Source: Pyrinomonadaceae bacterium (GTDB lineage: Bacteria > Acidobacteriota > Blastocatellia > Pyrinomonadales > Pyrinomonadaceae). From it: a stretch of 64,000 bases of DNA. Shown here piece by piece: positions 33,020 through 40,575 of the stretch (the first letter of the stretch is position 1; each line of letters begins with the position of its first letter). The DNA lies in the NCBI GenBank assembly GCA_025054715.1, contig JANWYH010000005.1, forward strand, positions 32,335 through 96,334. Direction: 5' to 3'. Below the pieces are notes generated by a model. That model made no database searches and was not told where the DNA came from. It saw nothing but the letters and a program-made list of their open reading frames with translations. The translations under genes were made by a program, and so were the position numbers.

Positions 33020-34081
33020 ATGAAGTTTACATTAGAATCAGAAAAATCAAGCGCAAGCGACGGTTGTTCTGGCGATTTGATTATGCAACAAGCCGAGATG
33101 AAAGCAGAATGCCTTATTGCATGCGATCTGTGCAATTCAACAGACTCAGAAGAAATTTCCTTGATCGATCGTGATGGTGATTACCTACGCACGGTGATTT
33201 GTCGGCAATGTGGCCTAGTTTATTCCGATCCTAGACCGAGTTCAGAGCAAATTCGAAATTATTACAGAAGCGGTTATCGTGTGGACTACAAAGCGACGTT
33301 TCAACCTAAGCCAAAACATGTTTATCGGGCTGGCAAGACTGCTTTAGAGCGCTTTCGCAGGATAGAGAGAATCTTGAAACGGAGCTGTCGAGTTCTCGAT
33401 TTTGGTGCTGGTAGCGGAGAGTTAGTTTTCGTGCTGCTTGCAATGGGCTACGAGGCTTCTGGTTTCGAGCCAAACGAAGGCTATGCTCGATTTGCATCAG
33501 AAGTTCTTGGTTTACCAGTTGCTGAAGGATTTTACCAAGACGTTCAGATTGAACCAGAATCACAAGATGTCGTAACCGCTTTCCACGTTATAGAGCATTT
33601 GGAAAGCCCTTATGATGCATTTAAGCGTGTAAGAGATTGGCTTCGGCCGAATGGGCACTTGTTGGTCGAGGTGCCCAATGTTGAAGCGGTTTGTCAATGG
33701 CCCCACAGTCGGTTTCATCGGGCACATCTTTACAATTTCAATCTGGCTACTCTACAGATGCTTGGCAGAAAAGCCGGCTATAGCGTAGTTAATAGCTGGA
33801 TTTCTTCTGATGGCGGCAACATTATGGTGATCTTTCAAAAGAACAACGAACTAGCTCCAGTATCAGTAAAGATTCCAGGCAATTACGAACGCGTGAGCTG
33901 CATCATACGCAACCACACTTATTTGCGACATCTCTTTACTTATTTTCCCTATGTTCGACCTTTTCAGAAGATTGCTGCAAGGATAGAAGAGCAACGAGCG
34001 GTTCGGAAACTAGAATCGCCAAGGGAAATACTAGATGCTTTGGTTATGCGTGAATTACTGCGCAAACGATCAAGTGTCTAA
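33020..34081 (+). CDS. Class I SAM-dependent methyltransferase with N-terminal zinc-ribbon
   Basis: CDLCNS...CRQCGLVYSDP four-Cys ribbon. SAM motif I is VLDFGAGSGE. Downstream FHVIEHLESP and the LLVEVPN pattern fit Methyltransf_23-like proteins. The start codon is uncertain (internal Met candidates exist). Confidence 0.75.
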   Translation: MKFTLESEKSSASDGCSGDLIMQQAEMKAECLIACDLCNSTDSEEISLIDRDGDYLRTVICRQCGLVYSDPRPSSEQIRNYYRSGYRVDYKATFQPKPKHVYRAGKTALERFRRIERILKRSCRVLDFGAGSGELVFVLLAMGYEASGFEPNEGYARFASEVLGLPVAEGFYQDVQIEPESQDVVTAFHVIEHLESPYDAFKRVRDWLRPNGHLLVEVPNVEAVCQWPHSRFHRAHLYNFNLATLQMLGRKAGYSVVNSWISSDGGNIMVIFQKNNELAPVSVKIPGNYERVSCIIRNHTYLRHLFTYFPYVRPFQKIAARIEEQRAVRKLESPREILDALVMRELLRKRSSV

Positions 34082-34217
34082 AAACGAATTAGATTCAAGA
34101 CTCAACTGAAAAGATAGAGAGACGTTTTTTTGGCTTTGGTTCATTTTTATCTGCACAGCTTGAAAATAAGGCAAAATTTGAGTAATTCTTGTGTCATAAA
34201 ATGTTAGCTATCAACTT

Positions 34218-36953
34218 ATGACAACAACTCAAAAGAATAGACTAATAAGCATATCAACTCCTCTCGGAGAAGATTTTTTTCTACTACAGAGATTCACGGC
34301 AAAAGAAGCTATCTCAGAACTTTTTGAAGTAGAGGCCGAACTTTTGCATGAAGAGAAAAATTCAGGTCATCAAACTACTCAAATAGATGCAATATCCTTG
34401 CTAGGTCAATCTGTAACAATTAAAATCACACAGAAAGACGGTGTAGAACGCTATTTCAACGGCATTGTTAAGAAATTTTCGCAAATTGGTCGAAACGTCA
34501 GATTTTCTAGATATTATGCAACAATCGTTCCAAAGGTATGGATTCTTACGCAAAACATTCAAAGCAGAATATTTCAACAACTATCCGTTCCAGAGATTCT
34601 CAAGAAGATTCTAGAAGGATTTGAAGTTTCTTTTCAGCTTCAGAATTCCTATGAACCGAGAAATTACTGCGTTCAATACAGAGAATCAGATTTTGACTTC
34701 GCTTGCCGACTGATGGAAGAAGAAGGAATCTTCTACTTCTTTGAACATACTTCCAATGATCACAAGATGATAATATCCGATACATCTCAATCACATCAAC
34801 AATGTGCAAAAAGCTCTATTCCTTACTTCATAAATGTTGAAAGAAAAGAAGATTGGATAAGTTCCATACACAGATGGCAGATTGATTATAATTTACGAAG
34901 TGGAAAGATTACACTATGGGACCACAACTTTCAACTCCCACACAAAAGCCTAGAAGCGAGCAAATCTAGCCGATTTCTCGTTAGTGCAAATAAAGAAACT
35001 GAAATCTACGAATTTCCTGCAGGCTACGCAAGGAAATACGATGCAATTGACAAAAGCGGTAGTGAAAACTCATCCGAGCTGCAAAAGATTTTTAACGATA
35101 ATAGACATACAGCACAGATTAGAGCTGAAGAGATAGACTCGCAATACAAAGTTATCCATGGCAACTCTGATTGTGCAGCTCTTACAGCGGGTTTTCGTTT
35201 TAAGCTGTATAATCATCCTGATCAATCCGCAAACGGTGAATACGTTTTGACTAAAGTAACACACGAAGCTATGCAAAGCCCCTCCTATGTAAGCGAGGAA
35301 GAAGTAGAAGACGCTTATAAAAACAGTTTTACTTGCATACCCTACGGCGGCATTCATCCTACTTTTCGACCACCCAGAAAAACACCAAAACCGATAATAC
35401 ACGGCAGTCAAACCGCCTATGTTGTAGGACCAGCTGGTGAGGAAATATTTACTGACAAGTACGGGCGTGTTAAGGTTCAATTTCATTGGGATAGAGACGG
35501 AAAGGACAATGAAACTAGCTCTTGCTGGCTTAGAGTTGCGCAAAGTTGGGCCGGAAATGGTTGGGGATCGGTTTTTATTCCTCGTGTTGGAATGGAAGTT
35601 ATAGTTCATTTTCTAGAAGGGGATCCAGACCAGCCAATCATTACTGGTTGCGTCTATAATCCGACAGCAATGCCACCATACAAACTTCCAGAAGAAAAAA
35701 CTAAATCAACCATAAAATCAAATTCATCAAAAGGAAGCGGCGGCTTTAATGAAATACGCTTTGAAGACAAAAAAGGCGAAGAACAGGTTTTTGTTCACGC
35801 ACAAAGACGAATGGACGTGCGAGTAAGAGGCTCTTTGTATGAAACCTGTGGCGGAAATCGCCATGAAAGAATTGGTGTCCGCAGCGATAACCAACCCGGC
35901 GGAAACCTCGTCGTAACAGTAGGTGGAAGCCACGATCTGCATATCAAAGAATCGTTTTACATAAAAATTGATCAAGATTTGAATGAGTCCGTAAAGGGAA
36001 GCGTAGTCGAAGATTATCAAGGCAACCTCTCAACCATTGTTAAAAACAAGGTAGAGCTAAATGCACTAGAAATAACCATCGAAGCCAAGTCAAAGATAAG
36101 CTTGAAGGTTGGCGGAAATTGCATAATGCTTGACCCAAGCGGCATAACTATTGCAGGAACAATGGTTAAGATAAACTCTGGCGGATTTGCTATGGGAACA
36201 GGGAATCCACTAATCACCGAACCATTAGATGCAGAGCCCGCCGATACGGGAGAACCGGGCTTTTTGAATAAGAGAAGAGGAGCTACCGGAAGAGGACGAA
36301 ACCAAAGAAGATTAGAATCGCAGCATTACGTAGCACCTCCAAGACCAGGAGAAGACCCGAGAATAACTGAAATAAGAAATACGTTACAACATTCAGAAAG
36401 AGGACGCCATGCTTTAGAAGTGTACGATAGACACGGAGTAATTCCATCCTTCAACCCAGGAAAAGGCTCTTTCTTCAATGGTTCAACAAACACTGTGAAT
36501 CTAGACCCAAGTCAAAATACAATTACTTCTGCTCTTACGTTCGTTCATGAAATGAATCATGCCGAAGAGTATCATGAACGTAGAACCGGTGATGTTCACA
36601 AGCAATCTAAACAGGACTACATAAATGAAATGCTGCAGGAAGAAGTTGATGGAACAGTAGCTAGCATCGAAGCAAAGATAGAGCTAAAGCAAAACGGTGT
36701 GGACGTTTCAAACGCCCACTTTCCGCTTGAAAATGAATACCTTCAAGCTTATCAAGACGCCGTCAATAGTGCAATAAATAATAATCCCAACTTGAGCGAG
36801 TCAGAGCTAGATGCAATCGGAAGAGCTGCAGGAAGAGATAGAGTAATGAAAGGTTTTCAAGACGGAGAAGTTGTCACTTCTACAAATGGGCAAAAATACC
36901 CGGATTATTATGGTAGCTACTGGGATCAAGTTAATGGAGGCGGTAAAAAATAA
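34218..36953 (+). CDS. vgrG: Type VI secretion spike protein VgrG (TssI) with C-terminal HExxH metallopeptidase-like extension ('evolved' VgrG)
   Basis: 911 aa. The N-terminus ISTPLGEDFFLLQRFTAKEAISELFEVEAELL is gp27-like. The gp5 OB-fold is WLRVAQSWAGNGWGSVFIPRVGMEVIVHFLEGDPDQPIITGCVYN. The beta-helix ends at ...GTMVKINSGG near aa 655. An Arg-rich linker follows, then a ~200-aa domain containing FVHEMNHAEEYH (36546-36575). Confidence 0.9.
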   Translation: MTTTQKNRLISISTPLGEDFFLLQRFTAKEAISELFEVEAELLHEEKNSGHQTTQIDAISLLGQSVTIKITQKDGVERYFNGIVKKFSQIGRNVRFSRYYATIVPKVWILTQNIQSRIFQQLSVPEILKKILEGFEVSFQLQNSYEPRNYCVQYRESDFDFACRLMEEEGIFYFFEHTSNDHKMIISDTSQSHQQCAKSSIPYFINVERKEDWISSIHRWQIDYNLRSGKITLWDHNFQLPHKSLEASKSSRFLVSANKETEIYEFPAGYARKYDAIDKSGSENSSELQKIFNDNRHTAQIRAEEIDSQYKVIHGNSDCAALTAGFRFKLYNHPDQSANGEYVLTKVTHEAMQSPSYVSEEEVEDAYKNSFTCIPYGGIHPTFRPPRKTPKPIIHGSQTAYVVGPAGEEIFTDKYGRVKVQFHWDRDGKDNETSSCWLRVAQSWAGNGWGSVFIPRVGMEVIVHFLEGDPDQPIITGCVYNPTAMPPYKLPEEKTKSTIKSNSSKGSGGFNEIRFEDKKGEEQVFVHAQRRMDVRVRGSLYETCGGNRHERIGVRSDNQPGGNLVVTVGGSHDLHIKESFYIKIDQDLNESVKGSVVEDYQGNLSTIVKNKVELNALEITIEAKSKISLKVGGNCIMLDPSGITIAGTMVKINSGGFAMGTGNPLITEPLDAEPADTGEPGFLNKRRGATGRGRNQRRLESQHYVAPPRPGEDPRITEIRNTLQHSERGRHALEVYDRHGVIPSFNPGKGSFFNGSTNTVNLDPSQNTITSALTFVHEMNHAEEYHERRTGDVHKQSKQDYINEMLQEEVDGTVASIEAKIELKQNGVDVSNAHFPLENEYLQAYQDAVNSAINNNPNLSESELDAIGRAAGRDRVMKGFQDGEVVTSTNGQKYPDYYGSYWDQVNGGGKK

Positions 36954-37633
36954 TGCAAATAGCGGTTTTGACCTTAATTTTATTACTTCAACAAGTTTGT
37001 GCGAAAAGTCAAAATCACACTGATAACTCAAACATGGAGAGGAATCAAATGAACCAAAATGAAATAGTGGAAAGAATAAAAGAAGCAGATGAGCTTCTAG
37101 CAGATAAAATTACTAGACGAGAAGCAACTTTAGAAAAACGAGAAACACCTTTCTTAAAGAACGGAACCATCTACCGAATCGCTGAATTCAACCCAACGAG
37201 ACCTATAATTCACCATATCGTTTTTTTCAATGACAGAAAGGTAGTAATCCTTGAAGGCGACGAACAAAGCTTTTATTCGTCTGTAAGAGAAGCTGGTTTG
37301 GTTCTTGACAAAGCCAACGAGCGCGTTGAGTATGTAAAGGCTTACCTTGAAATAGTATATGCTAGTGGTAAACGATTGCAGATTCTTAACGACATAGATG
37401 AGATTACAGAAAGACCAAACCTCACTGAAGAAAAAAGAAAAATTTTTGCTGAAGTTAAAGAAAAATATAGATCGCTCGTAAAACCGCCTTCATGCTCTTT
37501 AACGAATTGTATTTTATTTGCAGTAAAGGGACAAAGTTTAGTCAAATTTGACTTGAAAATCTCAGGCGACGGAGAGATAAAAGTAGAAGAGGAAGTTTTG
37601 GAAAAAGAACTACTGATACCCTATACAATTTGA
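36953..37633 (+). CDS. Hypothetical protein; candidate cognate immunity protein for the VgrG C-terminal domain
   Basis: 226-aa ORF whose ATG overlaps the vgrG stop by 1 nt (TAATG). GGAGG lies about 12 nt upstream. The hydrophobic N-terminus (MQIAVLTLILLLQQVCA) lacks a basic n-region, so export is uncertain. No recognisable motif. Confidence 0.6.
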   Translation: MQIAVLTLILLLQQVCAKSQNHTDNSNMERNQMNQNEIVERIKEADELLADKITRREATLEKRETPFLKNGTIYRIAEFNPTRPIIHHIVFFNDRKVVILEGDEQSFYSSVREAGLVLDKANERVEYVKAYLEIVYASGKRLQILNDIDEITERPNLTEEKRKIFAEVKEKYRSLVKPPSCSLTNCILFAVKGQSLVKFDLKISGDGEIKVEEEVLEKELLIPYTI

Positions 37634-37639
37634 TTTGAT

Positions 37640-38146
37640 ATGCCGCAAGGTCCAGCCGCAAGAGCTTTAGTTGATACCGTAGCACACCCGCTACCACCTG
37701 TTTTATCGCCCGGACCAGGAAGTCCAAACGTCTTAATAGGCTTTGCGCCTGCGTGGCGTGGTATTCCGCTTGCTGCAGTAGCAGCTCTTCAAGCAGCTAA
37801 AACAGCAGCCGATACCGCAATTCGCGCAGCAGAAGCAGCAACTGCCGCCGCTGCCGGCACGCCTGGAGCTGCAGCAGCCTATGCAGCTGAACAAGCTACA
37901 AAATCAGCAGCTTTATCTTCAATGTCAAGTGCAATAACAAGTGCTGCAGCTTCCGGAGCAGATATTCACAACTGCATGACTCCCACGCCTGTTCCACCTC
38001 ACGGACCCGGCGTTGTGATTAACGGTTCTGCAACCGTAATGATAAATTTTCTTCCGGCAGCAAGGCAGGGCGATACAATCCTTGAGGCTATAGGCCCTGC
38101 AAACACGATTACCAAAGGCGAACCAACAGTTATAATTGGCGGATAA
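37640..38146 (+). CDS. PAAR domain protein (T6SS spike tip) with internal Ala-rich insertion
   Basis: 168 aa with three PAAR-type motifs: GPAARALVD (aa 4-12), APAWRG (aa 36-41) and INFLPAARQGD (aa 135-145). It has the C-terminal pattern HGPGVVINGSATVMIN...GEPTVIIGG. Residues ~44-108 are Ala-rich low-complexity sequence. Confidence 0.85.
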   Translation: MPQGPAARALVDTVAHPLPPVLSPGPGSPNVLIGFAPAWRGIPLAAVAALQAAKTAADTAIRAAEAATAAAAGTPGAAAAYAAEQATKSAALSSMSSAITSAAASGADIHNCMTPTPVPPHGPGVVINGSATVMINFLPAARQGDTILEAIGPANTITKGEPTVIIGG

Positions 38147-38161
38147 AGCAAAAACAAAGGC

Positions 38162-38839
38162 TTATTTTCTTTCACCGAATATCTTGGTTCCGATTCTGAC
38201 ATGAGTTGCCCCTTCTTGAATAGCTATATGAAAATCATGACTCATACCCATTGAAAGCCCACCGTTAGGTAAAAACTTATCTCTAAGAAATTTTAATCTT
38301 CTAAAAAACGGTCTTACCTTTTCTGCGTCTTCAAAAAATGGCGGCAAAGTCATCAGGCCTATTGGCTTCAGCTTATCACACTTTCTTACAAAGTCTACAA
38401 GTTCTTCCAAGTCGTTTTCACTTACGCCAGATTTTGTCTTTTCACCAGATATATTGACTTGGATAAAAATCGGAAGCTGAGCTCGATTTTCCTCTTTGCA
38501 GGTTTGATTCAAAAGCCGAGCAATCTTTATAGAATCGACGCTGTGAATTACATCGAAAAGTCTCACGGCTTTTTTAACCTTATTTGACTGAAGATGACCC
38601 ACAAGGTGCCATTCAATCTGATGTCCAAGGAGGGCTATCTTCTTTTCGGCTTCCTGAACTCTGTTCTCTCCAAAAATTTTTATACCTGCCTTTATAGCTT
38701 CCTCTATTAAAGCAACTGGTTGAGACTTACTTACAGCAACAACTACGACTTCCTCAGGTTTTCTGCCACAACTTCTGCAGGTTTCCTCTATTTCATTTCT
38801 TATTTTTTCGATATTAGCTTTCAAGAGGTGCATAGACAA
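38162..38839 (-). CDS. yggS: YggS family pyridoxal-phosphate homeostasis protein
   Basis: 225 aa with the VAVSKSQP lysine motif, FGENRVQE, and the MGMSHDF...GATHVRIGTKIFG C-terminus. Confidence 0.9.
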   Translation of the reverse strand: MSMHLLKANIEKIRNEIEETCRSCGRKPEEVVVVAVSKSQPVALIEEAIKAGIKIFGENRVQEAEKKIALLGHQIEWHLVGHLQSNKVKKAVRLFDVIHSVDSIKIARLLNQTCKEENRAQLPIFIQVNISGEKTKSGVSENDLEELVDFVRKCDKLKPIGLMTLPPFFEDAEKVRPFFRRLKFLRDKFLPNGGLSMGMSHDFHIAIQEGATHVRIGTKIFGERK

Positions 38840-38902
38840 AAGCTTAACCTAGAAGTATTATAAGTTGAATCTAAGCATCTACCCATGATATATTTTTCTC
38901 GT

Positions 38903-38989
38903 GCGGACGTGGCGGAATTGGTAGACGCGCAGGTCTCAGAAGCCTGTGGGCTTTAGCCCGTGGAAGTTCGACTCTTCTCGTCCGCACCA
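38903..38989 (+). tRNA. tRNA-Leu (anticodon CAG), CCA encoded
   Basis: gcggacgtggcggaattggtagacgcgcaggtCTCAGAAgcctg...variable arm...ggaagttcgactcttctcgtccgcacca. Acceptor gcggacg/cgtccgc, anticodon loop cuCAGaa. Confidence 0.9.
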
Positions 38990-39019
38990 AGCTTTGCGAC
39001 GGCGCAAGCCAAATTTACC

Positions 39020-39045
39020 AAAAAAGGGCGGTATAAAAACCACCC
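39020..39045 (-). terminator. Intrinsic terminator downstream of glnA
   Basis: The minus-strand RNA reads GGGUGG-UUUUUAUA-CCGCCC followed by UUUUUU, placed 8 nt after the glnA stop. Confidence 0.6.
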
Positions 39046-39052
39046 CACCAAG

Positions 39053-40480
39053 CTAAACATCGTAATACATTGCAAATTCAAATGGATGCGGTCTTAGGCG
39101 CATTTGGCTGACTTCTTTTTCGCGCTTATAAGAAATCCATCTTTCGATTATCTGTTCTGTAAAAACACCGCCTTTAAGTAGGAAGTCGCAATCGTTTTCT
39201 AGGGCTTTTAAAGCATCGTCTAAGCTACCCGGTAAAGACGGAACATTGGCGAGCTCTTCTGGTGGAAGATCGTAAATGTCTTTGTCTAAAGGCTCACCTG
39301 GATCGATTCTATTCTCAATTCCATCAAGCCCGGCCATCAGCATCGCCGAAAAAGCCAGATAAGGATTACAGGAAGGATCAGGCGGACGAAACTCTATTCG
39401 TTTTGCTTTTGGAGATGCCGAAAACATAGGTATTCTAATAGCTGCTGAGCGATTCCTTGCCGAATATGCGAGATTGACAGGTGCTTCAAAGCCGGGAACT
39501 AAACGCTTATAACTATTTGTTGTTGGAGCAGCAAAGGCTACAATCGCTGGTGAATGTTTTAACAAACCGCCAATATAGAATCTAGCTAGTTCGGACAACC
39601 CGGCATAACCATCGCCAGCAAACAGAGGCTCTCCATCTTTCCAAAGTGACTGATGACAATGCATTCCAGAACCATTATCACCAAAGACTGGCTTCGGCAT
39701 AAAGGTAGCCGTCTTACCAAATCGAATAGCCGTATTCTTTACTACATACTTGAAAAGCATCAGGTTATCAGCAGTATGTAGAAGATTCGAATACTTAAAA
39801 TCAATCTCACACTGCCCAGCAGTTGCAACTTCGTGATGATGGCATTCAACCTTTATACCTACCTCTTCTAAGGTCAAAGAAATAGCATTTCGTAGGTCAA
39901 CAAGCGTATCCAAAGGAGGCACAGGCACATATCCTTCTTTACTACGAATATGATAGCCTCTGTTCGAAACTCCGTCCTCGTGGCTAGAACGTCCCGTATT
40001 CCAATGACCTTCTTCAGAGTTAACCATATAGCCGGCAGAATGCTGATTATTGTGATAAAAAACCTCATCAAATACGAAAAATTCGGCTTCTGGACCAAAA
40101 TACGCAGTGTCGGCGATACCCGTAAATCTCAGATAATTCTCTGCTCTTAGGGCAACACTGCGTGGATCAAGACCGTAACCTTCTTTCGTAATCGGATCAA
40201 CAACATTTGCAAAAAGGCAGATTGTAGTTTCATCAGTAAACGGATCGATCCAAAAACGCGATGGGTCAGGAATCAAAAGCATGTCTGACTCGTTTATAGC
40301 TGCCCAACCCCGCAAACTCGAAGCATCAAAACCAAATCCGTCTTCAAAAGAATCTTCCGTTAGCTGATCGATAGGAAAGGTTAAGTGGTGCCACGCACCT
40401 AGAAAATCCGTAAATCGCAAAGAAACGAATTTTACCCCGTGCTCTGCTGCATAGTGTAATATGTTTTTCGTGTTGTTCAT
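39053..40480 (-). CDS. glnA: Glutamine synthetase, type I
   Basis: 475 aa. Shows [10 protein letters not shown], the [14 protein letters not shown]-binding motif and a [13 protein letters not shown] region. Confidence 0.94.
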   Translation of the reverse strand: MNNTKNILHYAAEHGVKFVSLRFTDFLGAWHHLTFPIDQLTEDSFEDGFGFDASSLRGWAAINESDMLLIPDPSRFWIDPFTDETTICLFANVVDPITKEGYGLDPRSVALRAENYLRFTGIADTAYFGPEAEFFVFDEVFYHNNQHSAGYMVNSEEGHWNTGRSSHEDGVSNRGYHIRSKEGYVPVPPLDTLVDLRNAISLTLEEVGIKVECHHHEVATAGQCEIDFKYSNLLHTADNLMLFKYVVKNTAIRFGKTATFMPKPVFGDNGSGMHCHQSLWKDGEPLFAGDGYAGLSELARFYIGGLLKHSPAIVAFAAPTTNSYKRLVPGFEAPVNLAYSARNRSAAIRIPMFSASPKAKRIEFRPPDPSCNPYLAFSAMLMAGLDGIENRIDPGEPLDKDIYDLPPEELANVPSLPGSLDDALKALENDCDFLLKGGVFTEQIIERWISYKREKEVSQMRLRPHPFEFAMYYDV

Positions 40481-40575
40481 GTTGCATGCACTCCTGTGAA
40501 AGTTTTACAGGAGTTGAAGGAAGGATGTTAAACGCGCAAGATTTGATGGTAAATTTACTAACCCTGAAAGTCAAG

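Noticed and set aside
36880-36930. Aspzincin-like motif (KYPDYYG) near the VgrG C-terminus as a third zinc ligand.
   Set aside because: The spacing is off by one relative to GTxDxxYG. It also lies about 120 residues after the HExxH, whereas aspzincins have it about 10 residues downstream.
32640-38160. Short A-rich match (aaaaacaa) present near both island boundaries, considered as a possible target-site duplication.
   Set aside because: It is only 8 nt in an AT-rich background, which is expected by chance.
38147-38989. tRNA-Leu(CAG)-targeted integration as the origin of the VgrG island.
   Set aside because: No integrase gene is present and no direct repeat of the tRNA 3' end was found at the far boundary. 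yggS also separates the island from the tRNA, and the island lies on the tRNA's 5' side.
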